Positions 1 to 10,051 of a DNA stretch of 64,000 nt are shown one piece after another (within the stretch, counting starts at the first letter, position 1; every line of letters begins with the position of its first letter). Under the pieces are notes generated by a model. It was not told where the DNA came from. It saw only the letters and a program-made list of their open reading frames with translations, and made no database searches. Where the stretch lies: contig JBKJWL010000051.1 in NCBI GenBank assembly GCA_046716885.1, positions 6,489 through 70,488 of the forward strand. The letters are read 5' to 3'. Source of the stretch: Thermoanaerobaculia bacterium (GTDB taxonomy: Bacteria > Acidobacteriota > Thermoanaerobaculia > UBA5066 > Gp7-AA6). The position numbers and the translations under genes were made by a program.

Positions 1-1140
1 GGTGGCGGATCGGATCGCCTCCATCGGCGTCATGCCGGCCTCGACCATCAGGGCAAACTCCCTGGCGAGGGGCTCGCTCCACGGAAAGCTGCCGGCGTCG
101 GTGCCGAAGGCGATCTTGACTCCGGCCTTCACCGCCTTCCGGAGAGAGGGGCCGTGTACCTGCGCCCGCTTTCGGTCCTTGGCGCCCGCCGGCGTTCCCT
201 CCGGAGCCCACTCATAGAAGTACGGCATCATCGTCGGGCAGAGCCACGTGCCCTGCCGCAGCATCTGCGCGACGGAGGCATCGTCGAGGTCCAGGCCGTG
301 CTCGATCGAGTCGCAGCCTCCGTCGAGCGCACGCTTCAAACCCACGCCGTTGTACGCGTGGCACGCGACCTTCCTCCCCCAGCCGTGCGCCTCGTCCACG
401 ATGGCCTCGAGCTCCTCGAGCGTGAGCGTCGGCTGGGACACGAGATTTCCTTTCGCATCGACCCAGGAGCGGTGGTTCATGTACACCTTGAGCCAGTCGG
501 CGCCATTGGCGAGCTGCTCGCGAGCGGCCTTGCGCGCCTCGACCGGTCCATCCACGAGCTGGGCGCCTTTGGGCGCATCGACCTCCGGTCCGTACCCGTC
601 GAGCCCGTAGCCGCCCGTGGAAGAGATGGCTCGGGTGCACACGAACATCCTCGGACCCGCGACGTAGCCCTGGTCGATGGCCTGTTTGACACCGACGTCC
701 CCGTAGCCGGCCCCCTCGGTCTCGACATCCCGGATCGTCGTGAAGCCCTGATCCAGCATGCGCCGGGCCAGTGCCGTCGCCCGCGCGGAGCGGAAGGCCA
801 GGCCCTGCTTCAGGAGCTGCGTGTCGTAATCCGCGCCCGCCGGGTCGAGAAAGATGTGCGTGTGCGCGTCGATCAGGCCCGGGAGGACGGTCCAGCCGGC
901 GAGGTCGATGACCTGGGTCGTCTCCGGCGTTGTCCGGGACACCCAGGCCGTCACACTCTCGATGCGGTTGCCTCGGACCACGATCGCCTGGTCGCGCCGG
1001 GGCGCCGTGGACGAACCGTCGATCAGAGTGCCGGCCCGAATGACCGTGAGGGCACCCGGTTCTTTCGCCATCTGCCCGAAAAGGGGGATAGCGAGAAGGA
1101 AGAAGGGCACAAGCGCAGGGAGCCGAATAAAATAAGACAT
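1..1140 (-). CDS. Secreted metal-dependent amidohydrolase (amidohydrolase superfamily, Xaa-Pro dipeptidase/imidazolonepropionase-like); C-terminus runs off the left edge
   Basis: Absent from the supplied ORF track because it has no stop inside the window. Minus-strand ATG at 1140..1138, frame open to base 1 (380 codons). Own translation: MSYFIRLPALVPFFLLAIPLFGQ (signal peptide) .. GWTVLPGLIDAHTHIF (HxH metal site) .. ADWLKVYMN .. KVACHAYN .. CDSIEHG .. KIAFGTDAG. The + ORF 154..1158 is its Arg-rich antisense shadow. Confidence 0.8.
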   Translation of the reverse strand, partial: MSYFIRLPALVPFFLLAIPLFGQMAKEPGALTVIRAGTLIDGSSTAPRRDQAIVVRGNRIESVTAWVSRTTPETTQVIDLAGWTVLPGLIDAHTHIFLDPAGADYDTQLLKQGLAFRSARATALARRMLDQGFTTIRDVETEGAGYGDVGVKQAIDQGYVAGPRMFVCTRAISSTGGYGLDGYGPEVDAPKGAQLVDGPVEARKAAREQLANGADWLKVYMNHRSWVDAKGNLVSQPTLTLEELEAIVDEAHGWGRKVACHAYNGVGLKRALDGGCDSIEHGLDLDDASVAQMLRQGTWLCPTMMPYFYEWAPEGTPAGAKDRKRAQVHGPSLRKAVKAGVKIAFGTDAGSFPWSEPLAREFALMVEAGMTPMEAIRSAT

Positions 1141-1169
1141 ATGCTCACTGTAGCCTAATTTCAGTTGCA

Positions 1170-1937
1170 TCAATCTCCTAAAGCGGCGAACTCTCGCAGG
1201 ATGCGCGCCGCTTCCAGACCCTCGAGCGTTCGAACGCCATGCCAGCAATAGTCATCCCCGTCGACGAAGAGCCGCCGGATGTCCTTGCCGAAGAGCTTGT
1301 CGACTAGGGCGCCGTGCTTCTCCTCCGAGAACGGATACGGCTCGCTCGGCAGGATGTGGACCGCCGGCTGCCGGGCCAAGGCTTGGGCCGGATCCGTCGT
1401 CGGGTAGCGCACGGCCTCCATGCCGTACACGTTCTCTCCCCCGGCCAGCCGGATCAGGTCGGCGACGTAGGTGTCGTCGGAAACGGTCATCCACGGATCC
1501 TTCCAGATCCAGTAGACGTATCGAAATCGGCTGGCGGGGGGATCCGCCTCGAGCGCCTTCCACTCCATTTCTATGCGCGCCGCCAGCACCTCTGCCTGGT
1601 CCACCGAATCGAGCCGCCGGCCCCACTGCCTCACGGCGTCCGGAACCTCACCGACTCTCTTCGTAAGCGAAACGTCGACTTCGATTCCCGAATCCCGCAG
1701 CGCCTCCACATCCTCCCGGCGGTTTTCCTCAGCGTTTGCGAAGACGAGATCGGGCTTCAAATCCAGGATGCGCGCGATGTCGGGGCTTTTCGTTCCACCC
1801 ACGCGCGGCAGACCCCAGAGCATGCCGCTCGGCCGCGTGCAGTACCGCGTGACACCGGCGAGCGACCGGAGCCCGCCAATCGCGACGATCGTCTCGGTGA
1901 TCGATGGGCAGAGGGAAACCACCCGGGGGGGAGGCAC
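1170..1937 (-). CDS. Class III periplasmic-binding-protein fold protein (BtuF / cobalamin- or iron-chelate-binding-like)
   Basis: 255-aa ORF. RVVSLCPSITETIVAIGG .. RVGGTKSPDIARILDLKPDLVFAN .. WIWKDPWMTVSDDTYVADLIRLAGGENV follows the conserved layout of BtuF/FhuD-type binding proteins. No clear signal peptide and no ABC permease/ATPase partner in the window. Confidence 0.65.
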   Translation of the reverse strand: MPPPRVVSLCPSITETIVAIGGLRSLAGVTRYCTRPSGMLWGLPRVGGTKSPDIARILDLKPDLVFANAEENRREDVEALRDSGIEVDVSLTKRVGEVPDAVRQWGRRLDSVDQAEVLAARIEMEWKALEADPPASRFRYVYWIWKDPWMTVSDDTYVADLIRLAGGENVYGMEAVRYPTTDPAQALARQPAVHILPSEPYPFSEEKHGALVDKLFGKDIRRLFVDGDDYCWHGVRTLEGLEAARILREFAALGD

Positions 1938-3463
1938 GCGGCAAGTCTATTCCACGCCTTCGCTACACTAGGCCGAGTTTGGACGTCGCGGCAAAAGACC
2001 TTGCCCTCCTCTTCCGGTCCCGCCACCCCCTGGTCGTGTGCGAGACCGTCGAGGAGCAGCGCTTCGAAGCACTCGTGCGGGAGGTCTCGAGCGAGCTCAC
2101 GATCCCGTTCTGGACCTGGAGCGCCGCCAGCGGCCTGTCGCCCGCCCACCCTGAGGACGCCGAGCGCTCCGCAGAGCTCGCCTTCGCCTTGCGCCTGATC
2201 CGCAAGACTTCCGGGGACGGAACGTTTCTGCTGAAGGACCCGATGGCGCACCTGGAGCACGCCTCGACTCTCCGGCTTCTTCGCGAGACGGCGCAGGAGT
2301 TCGCGGGGTCCGCGCGTACCATCGTTCTGGTCGCGCCCGTGCTGGCCACGAAGGCCGAGCTCGAGGACATCGCGGTGCGGTTCGAGTTCGCACTGCCGGG
2401 GCCGCCGGAGTTGCGCGCACTCTTGAACCGGGTCGTCCGTCGAACGACACGTGACACGCCCAAGATTCGCGTCGCACTGTCGGCGCCCGAGGCAGAGGGA
2501 ATCGTTTCCGACCTGCAGGGCCTGACGATGTTTGAGGCCGAGCGCGCGCTGGCCCGCGCGATCGTCGAGAACGACTCTCTGACGGTCGCGGACCGGCCCC
2601 GCATCCGGGATATGAAGAAGGGGCTCGTGGAGGGCGGCGGGCTCCTCGAGTTCATCCCGACGCCCGACGGGCTCGATCAGCTCGGAGGCCTCGAGAAGCT
2701 CAAGAAGTGGGTCGCCACCCGCCGCGTCGGTTTTCTGCCGGAGGCCGGCGAGAAGCCGATCGATCCGCCCCGGGGCCTCCTGTTGCTCGGCGTCCAGGGC
2801 TGCGGCAAGTCGCTGGCGGCCAAGGCGATCGCCGCCACCTGGGAGTTGCCGCTGCTTGCCCTCGACGCCGGCAAGCTGCTGGCGCCGTACATCGGCGAGT
2901 CGGAGCGCAATCTTCGGGAGGCGCTCCGGCGCGTCGAGCGCATGGCGCCCTGTGTCCTGTGGATCGACGAGATCGAGAAGGCTTTCGTCTCGGGGCGCAC
3001 CTCCGAGTCTGACGGCGGGGTCTCCAAGCGGCTGATCGGTACCCTTCTGACCTGGATGCAGGAGCGGGCGTCGAGGGTCTTTTTCGTCGCGACCGCGAAC
3101 TCGGTCGACGAGCTGCCTCCGGAGATGATGCGCAAGGGACGCGTCGACGAGGTCTTCTTCGTGGATTTGCCGCAGCCAGCGGCCCGCGCCGACATCTTCC
3201 GACTGCACCTCGCCCGGCGCGGCGAGAACGTCTTCCGCTACGACCTGCGCGCCCTGGCGCAAGCGTCCGGGGGCTTCTCGGGAGCCGAGATCGAGCAGGC
3301 AATCGTGTCGGCTCTCTACGAGGCTCGGGCGGGCCGCTTCCCGCTCGACACCGAAGCGATCCTCGTCGCCCTGCGCTCGACCCGGCCGCTTTCGGTTCTG
3401 CGCGCGGAGCCGATCAACGCCCTGCGCGCCTGGGCCACGGGGCGCTGCGTGTTCGCGGACTGA
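1904..3463 (+). CDS. AAA+ ATPase (one classical AAA module in the C-terminal half, ~250-aa N-terminal domain of unknown function)
   Basis: Walker A GVQGCGKS, Walker B CVLWIDEIEK, sensor/Arg-finger region FFVATANSVDELPPEMMRKGRVDE. The annotated 5' end overlaps the divergent 1170..1937 gene by 34 nt. An in-frame TTG at 1979 would remove the overlap, so the start is uncertain. Confidence 0.85.
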   Translation: MGRGKPPGGEARGKSIPRLRYTRPSLDVAAKDLALLFRSRHPLVVCETVEEQRFEALVREVSSELTIPFWTWSAASGLSPAHPEDAERSAELAFALRLIRKTSGDGTFLLKDPMAHLEHASTLRLLRETAQEFAGSARTIVLVAPVLATKAELEDIAVRFEFALPGPPELRALLNRVVRRTTRDTPKIRVALSAPEAEGIVSDLQGLTMFEAERALARAIVENDSLTVADRPRIRDMKKGLVEGGGLLEFIPTPDGLDQLGGLEKLKKWVATRRVGFLPEAGEKPIDPPRGLLLLGVQGCGKSLAAKAIAATWELPLLALDAGKLLAPYIGESERNLREALRRVERMAPCVLWIDEIEKAFVSGRTSESDGGVSKRLIGTLLTWMQERASRVFFVATANSVDELPPEMMRKGRVDEVFFVDLPQPAARADIFRLHLARRGENVFRYDLRALAQASGGFSGAEIEQAIVSALYEARAGRFPLDTEAILVALRSTRPLSVLRAEPINALRAWATGRCVFAD

Positions 3464-3523
3464 GGGGGCCTGGCCCGCAGGACTGTCGCGAAGCCTCCTC
3501 CTCCCCGAGGTCCAACTCCCGAC

Positions 3524-5596
<2,073 letters not shown>

Positions 5597-5621
5597 GCGA
5601 GAGCACCTCCGGCGGCGGATT

Positions 5622-5640
5622 CTATCCGGCGGACGGATAG
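5622..5640. promoter_or_regulatory. Inverted repeat CTATCCG-N5-CGGATAG in the divergent peptidase/korA intergenic region (candidate operator)
   Basis: Read directly: ctatccg gcgga cggatag, 7-bp perfect arms. It lies in the 113-nt gap between the divergent starts at 5596 and 5710. No known motif assigned. Confidence 0.25.
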
Positions 5641-5709
5641 TGTTCGCCGTCCGTATCCCTTTGGTATCATTCAAGGTCCTGCGGGACCGGGCCCGCGAGA
5701 AGGAGCCCC

Positions 5710-7560
5710 ATGTCGACTGCCGTCCTCGAAGAGAAACACTCGGAGTCCCCGAGCCGGCCGCCGGTGATCAACGACTTCTCGATCCACGTGGCGACGGCCA
5801 ACGGCTCCGGCAGCATGTCCTCGAACAACATCCTGATGCGCGCGATCTTCCAGATGGGCATTCCGGTGTCGGGAAAGAACCTCTTCCCCTCGAACATCCA
5901 GGGCCTGCCCACCTGGTTCACCATCCGGGCCTCGAAGGACGGCTTCATCGCCCGCCGGCGCGACGTCGGCGTCCTCATCTGCATGAACCCCGAAACGGCG
6001 CATGAGGACGTCCGGACCGTCGCCTCCGGCGCCGCGGTCATCTACGAAGAGAGCCTGAAGCTCGACACGCTCCGCAACGACGTCGTCTTTTACCCGGTCC
6101 CGTTTCAGAAGCTCGTTCTCGAGCTCGTCTCCGACGGAAAGCTGCGGCGCCTGGCGGTCAACATGATCTACGTGGGGGTGGCCGCGTGGCTCCTCGGGAT
6201 CGAGATGGCCGAGATCGAGAAGGCCCTCGCCAAACAGTTCAAGAGCAAGGCGGCCGCCGTCGAGATCAATCTGAAGGCCATCCGCGGCGGCCTCGAGTGG
6301 GCGGAGAAGAACCTGACCAAGCGCGACTCCTTCCGCCTCGAGCGGATGAACGCGACCGCCGGCAAGATCATCATCGAGGGTAACGCCGCCAGCGCCATCG
6401 GCTGCATGATGGCCGGGGTCCAGTTCCTCGCCTGGTATCCGATCACGCCGTCCTCCTCGCTCGCCGAATCGCTCATCGATTATGCCGGCAAGTACCGCCT
6501 GGATCCCGAGACGGGCGCGCCCACGTTCTCGGTCGTGCAGGCCGAGGACGAGCTCGCGGCTCTCGGAATGGTGCTCGGCGCGGGCTGGGCGGGCGCACGG
6601 GCGATGACCACGACCTCCGGCCCCGGGATCTCGCTCATGTCCGAGTTCACCGGCCTCGGCTACTACGCCGAAGTCCCCGCCGTCATCGTCGATGTTCAGC
6701 GGGTTGGTCCGTCGACGGGTCTGCCGACGCGGACGATGCAGGGCGACATCACGTCGACCTACAACCTCTCGCACGGCGACGCCAGGCACATTCTGCTCCT
6801 TCCGGGTTCGGTCCAGGAGTGCTACTCGATGGCCATGGACGCCTTCGATCTGGCGGAGCGTTTCCAGACGCCGGTCTTCCTGATGTCGGACCTCGACCTC
6901 GGTATGAACAACTGGATGGCCGACCCGTTCCCCTTCAGCGACCGGCCCCTCGACCGCGGCAAGGTCCTCCGGACGAAGGAAGAGCTCGACGCGCACATCG
7001 CGAAATTCAAGGAGTTCGCTCGCTATCGCGACGTGGATGGCGACGGGATCCCCTGGCGCACACTGCCGGGCTTCATCGACTCTCCCGCCGCCACGTACTT
7101 CACGCGGGGCTCGGGACACAACGACCGGGCGATGTACACCGAGCGGCCCGACGACTACAAGAACAACGTGGACCGGCTGTCGCGGAAATTCGAGACCGCC
7201 AGGGCCTACGTGCCCCGTCCGGTCCTCTCGGACGGCACGGGCTCGAAGGTCGGGATCATCGCGTACGGCTCGTCCGACTTCGCGGTCGAGGAAGCCCGCG
7301 TGCTGCTCGCCCGCAAGGGCGTCCGGACCGACTACCTCCGGCTGCGGGCGCTACCCTTCACGCCGGAAACCGCGGCGTTCACCGCGGCTCACGACCGCGT
7401 CTACGTCGTCGACCAGAATCGGGACGGGCAGATGTACGACCTCCTGCGCCTCGAGATCGGCGGCGACACGTCCAAACTGCGTTCCATCCGCCACTACGAC
7501 GGCTTCCCCCTCGACGCCGAAACCGTGATCGAGGGGATCGAGGCCGGGGAGAAAAACTGA
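5710..7560 (+). CDS. korA: 2-oxoglutarate/2-oxoacid:ferredoxin oxidoreductase, fused gamma-alpha subunit
   Basis: 616 aa. Gamma-like N-terminus (NGSGSMSSNNILMRAIFQMGIPVSGKNLFPSNIQG) is fused to an alpha domain (GNAASAIGCMMAGVQFLAWYPITPSS; VVQAEDELAALGMVLGAGWAGARAMTTTSGPG). Followed by the beta subunit. Confidence 0.9.
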   Translation: MSTAVLEEKHSESPSRPPVINDFSIHVATANGSGSMSSNNILMRAIFQMGIPVSGKNLFPSNIQGLPTWFTIRASKDGFIARRRDVGVLICMNPETAHEDVRTVASGAAVIYEESLKLDTLRNDVVFYPVPFQKLVLELVSDGKLRRLAVNMIYVGVAAWLLGIEMAEIEKALAKQFKSKAAAVEINLKAIRGGLEWAEKNLTKRDSFRLERMNATAGKIIIEGNAASAIGCMMAGVQFLAWYPITPSSSLAESLIDYAGKYRLDPETGAPTFSVVQAEDELAALGMVLGAGWAGARAMTTTSGPGISLMSEFTGLGYYAEVPAVIVDVQRVGPSTGLPTRTMQGDITSTYNLSHGDARHILLLPGSVQECYSMAMDAFDLAERFQTPVFLMSDLDLGMNNWMADPFPFSDRPLDRGKVLRTKEELDAHIAKFKEFARYRDVDGDGIPWRTLPGFIDSPAATYFTRGSGHNDRAMYTERPDDYKNNVDRLSRKFETARAYVPRPVLSDGTGSKVGIIAYGSSDFAVEEARVLLARKGVRTDYLRLRALPFTPETAAFTAAHDRVYVVDQNRDGQMYDLLRLEIGGDTSKLRSIRHYDGFPLDAETVIEGIEAGEKN

Positions 7561-8603
7561 TGTCTTCCACCGCCGAGCCCAAAGCGCCCCCCGTGAACCG
7601 CGCCGGCCTGACCGTCAAGGAGTACGGCGGATCCAAGTCGACCCTCTGCGTGGGCTGCGGGCACGACGTCATCACGCGACAGATCACGCAGGCGCTGTAC
7701 GAAATGTCGATCCCGCCCTACAAGGTCGCGAAGATGTCCGGCATCGGCTGCTCGTCGAAGACGACGGCGTACTTCGCGGACCGGGGCCACGGCTTCAACG
7801 CCGTGCACGGCCGCATGCCCGCGGTGGCCACCGGCACGATGATGGTCAACCCTTCCCTCCTCGCAGTCGGCGTCTCGGGTGACGGGGACACGGCCTCGAT
7901 CGGCGCGGGGCAGTTCGTGCACATGCTGCGGCGCAACGTCCCCATGGTCTACATCGTGGAGAACAACGGCGTGTACGGGCTGACCAAGGGCCAATTCTCC
8001 GCCACGGCCGACGCCGGCTCGAGGCTCAAGACCGGCGTCGTCAACGATCTGCCGGCGATCGACCTGTGCGCAATCGCGATCGAGCTCGGATGCGGTTACG
8101 TCGCCCGCTCGTTCTCGGGCGACATGAAGCAGCTCGTCGCGCTCCTCAAGGCGGCCTTGGCGCACCGGGGCACGGCCCTTCTCGACGTCATCTCTCCCTG
8201 CGTCACTTTCAACAACCACGACAGCTCGACGAAGTCGTACAAGTGGGCCAAGGAGCACGAGATTCCGATCCACGAGATCGGCTTCGTCCCGTTTTACGAG
8301 GAGATTTCCGTCGACTACGAGCCCGGCACGACCCAGGACATCGAGCTCCACGACGGCTCGCACATCCGGCTCCGCAAACTGCGCGCGGACTACGACGCGA
8401 CGAATAAGGCCCAGGCGCTCGCCCTCTGCCAGGAGGCCCAGGAGAAGACCGAGTTCCTGACCGGGCTTCTCTACGTCGAGCCGTCGAAGAAGGACTTCCT
8501 GGAGCTCTCCGGCCTTTCCCGCGACCCCATCGTCGCGCTACCGGACACGAAGCTCCGCCCGCCGAAGAAGGCGCTGGACGAGATCATGGAGTCGCTCAAG
8601 TGA
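7560..8603 (+). CDS. korB: 2-oxoglutarate/2-oxoacid:ferredoxin oxidoreductase, beta (TPP-binding) subunit
   Basis: ATG at 7560 shares one base with the korA stop (TGATG). 347 aa. CVGCGHD near the N-terminus and a TPP motif GVSGDGDTASIG..NNGVYGLTKGQ. The upstream part of track ORF 6819..8603 is an out-of-frame overlap of korA. Confidence 0.9.
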   Translation: MSSTAEPKAPPVNRAGLTVKEYGGSKSTLCVGCGHDVITRQITQALYEMSIPPYKVAKMSGIGCSSKTTAYFADRGHGFNAVHGRMPAVATGTMMVNPSLLAVGVSGDGDTASIGAGQFVHMLRRNVPMVYIVENNGVYGLTKGQFSATADAGSRLKTGVVNDLPAIDLCAIAIELGCGYVARSFSGDMKQLVALLKAALAHRGTALLDVISPCVTFNNHDSSTKSYKWAKEHEIPIHEIGFVPFYEEISVDYEPGTTQDIELHDGSHIRLRKLRADYDATNKAQALALCQEAQEKTEFLTGLLYVEPSKKDFLELSGLSRDPIVALPDTKLRPPKKALDEIMESLK

Positions 8604-9091
8604 TGCGCTACCCCCGAAACGGGAAGTTCCCCCAACGCCGCAATGTTGGGCACGTCATGACGCTCAAGCCACTCTCCGCGGCCGTCCTCTACCTCTCCGC
8701 CCTCACCATCGTCGCCGCGGCTCCCAAGTCGAGGTCAACGCCCGAGCCCGCCAACTCCTGCACCTCCTGCAAGGAGCGCCGCCCGACCCTCGATCCGGCC
8801 GGGTTCGCCAAAGGGTTCGAGCCGGAGGTCCGGCAGGGTTACGAGATCGCCCGCAAGTACCCGGCAACCCTCGACCAACTCCACTGCTTCTGCGAGTGCG
8901 CAGAGAGCCCGATGTTCAAACACCGGACGCTCCTGACCTGCTTCGTCGACACGCATGCCGCCGGCTGCGGCATCTGCCTCTCGGAAGCCCGGCTCGCCGC
9001 CCAGCTCAAGGACCGAGGCGTGTCCGACGCCGAGATCCGCGTCACCGTCGAGTCGGTGCACCGGACCGACGGGCATCCGGCGACGCACTAA
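8600..9091 (+). CDS. Cys-rich exported protein resembling the PCYCGC-motif family
   Basis: GTG 8600 / ATG 8603 overlap the korB stop (GTGATG). An alternative ATG at 8657 starts directly at the hydrophobic signal/anchor MTLKPLSAAVLYLSALTIVAAAP. Core HCFCECAESPMFKHRTLLTCFVDTHAAGCGICLSEA resembles the C-[YF]-C-x-C .. H .. CF .. H .. CxxC layout of PCYCGC proteins, recalled from memory. Confidence 0.55.
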   Translation: MMRYPRNGKFPQRRNVGHVMTLKPLSAAVLYLSALTIVAAAPKSRSTPEPANSCTSCKERRPTLDPAGFAKGFEPEVRQGYEIARKYPATLDQLHCFCECAESPMFKHRTLLTCFVDTHAAGCGICLSEARLAAQLKDRGVSDAEIRVTVESVHRTDGHPATH

Positions 9092-9235
9092 CCGACCCCC
9101 CGCCCCCCTCAAAGGCAGGGACCCTGCCGTGGATTCCGGTTTCACCCCGGCATGCTCGAGTCCGTCGTCCGACCGAGCCTCCTGCGGCGCACGTGCGGCG
9201 TGATTTTTGGCCCCCCCCCCCCGCCCGCACCATGA

Positions 9236-9370
9236 CCGCGAGCGCGCGAGATCCAAGATGCGAGTTCGAGGCGAAAGGAGAACGGCATGAAAAGGTTGTA
9301 CTTGATCGCTGACGCCGAGTTGCTGGTGCTCGTCGTGCGAGTCGCTGATCGCAAGGAGGCGTATCGATAA
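9236..9370 (+). pseudogene. 3' remnant of a RelE/ParE-family toxin gene
   Basis: Own translation of the frame opened after TGA 9233-9235: PRAREIQDASSRRKENGMKRLYLIADAELLVLVVRVADRKEAYR*. The tail matches the conserved RelE/ParE C-terminus (..G.yRliY.i.d..l.VlvvrVghRk.aYr). Only 44 codons are open, there is no N-terminal half or antitoxin, and it lies just downstream of a C12 tract. Confidence 0.35.
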
Positions 9371-9491
9371 GCCGGCTAACACGCGGGTGCAGCGGACTCG
9401 CTCATCGGCTTCGCCTCTTCCCTCGGCGCTGTCGCGCCAGCCCAGGTGGACTAGAATAAAGGAGCCTTGAACCAAGGCGAGGAGGTGTCGA

Positions 9492-9974
9492 GTGAACAGA
9501 AACCTGGGCTTTGTCGTTTCGCTTGCAGTGCTGAGTGGAGTTGCCGGGGCACAGGAATCGAAGGCGCCGGCGCACATCCTGGTGACCCCAGCGGAGACGA
9601 CGTGGGGCGAGCCCCCTCCGGTGTTCGAAAAGGGCATGTCCTTCACGGTAATGTCGGGGGACCCAAGCATGCCAGGCCTCTACGTCGTGCGGGCGAAGAT
9701 GCCTGCTGGCTACAAGATTGCGCCACATTGGCATCCCACGGACGAGTACGTGACGGTCTTGTCGGGGACGTTCGCCCTGGGCATGGGGGAGAAGTTCGAC
9801 AAGGCAAGCATGAAGGACCTCCCTGTCGGGGGTTATGCGCTCTTGCCGGCCGAGATGCGGCACTTTGCCATGGCGACGACGGCCGCGACTATCCAGATTC
9901 ATGGGCAAGGCCCGTTTGCGCTGACATACGTGAACCCCGCAGACGAACCGAGCAAGCGGGCGCCAGCGAAGTAG
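9492..9974 (+). CDS. Secreted cupin-domain protein
   Basis: GTG start 6 nt after GGAGG (9481-9485). Signal peptide MNRNLGFVVSLAVLSGVAGAQE. Cupin core YKIAPHWHPTDEYVTVLSGTF .. GGYALLPAEMRHFA. Lies in a lower-G+C stretch. Confidence 0.75.
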   Translation: MNRNLGFVVSLAVLSGVAGAQESKAPAHILVTPAETTWGEPPPVFEKGMSFTVMSGDPSMPGLYVVRAKMPAGYKIAPHWHPTDEYVTVLSGTFALGMGEKFDKASMKDLPVGGYALLPAEMRHFAMATTAATIQIHGQGPFALTYVNPADEPSKRAPAK

Positions 9975-10051
9975 AGCCGCCGAACAAACCCGGTGCCGGA
10001 AGCGGGGTGTACCGCGATCGGTTTTCAGGTTGGCTCAAGGAAGGAGCAGAT

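Noticed and set aside
154-1158. 334-aa + strand ORF (and the nested ORFs 212..640, 248..610, 477..728, 854..1135)
   Set aside because: Arg/Pro/Gly-rich low-complexity translation. It lies exactly antisense to a minus-strand frame that translates into a well-formed amidohydrolase with a signal peptide and HxH motif. This is a shadow ORF typical of high-G+C DNA.
1757-3262. 501-aa minus-strand ORF opposite the AAA+ ATPase. The same pattern occurs at 5671..7119, 15516..17123, 19382..21184, 20743..22887, 26083..27804, 32927..34975, 35346..36773, 38404..39909, 39877..41682, 46168..48387, 52229..54061, 56047..59148 and 59741..61687.
   Set aside because: All are antisense to genes with unmistakable family motifs. 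Their own translations are dominated by R, G, P, A, D and E with no recognisable domains. I could not justify any of them as coding.
6819-7559. Upstream extension of the korB frame (track ORF 6819..8603)
   Set aside because: Out-of-frame overlap with korA. A korB-like sequence only begins at ATG 7560 (MSSTAEPKAPP..).
9467-10051. N-terminal 195 codons of track ORF 9467..11167 (TTG start)
   Set aside because: This part overlaps the cupin gene in another frame and has Arg/Gly-rich junk sequence. The BNR protein has its own ATG, SD and signal peptide at 10052.
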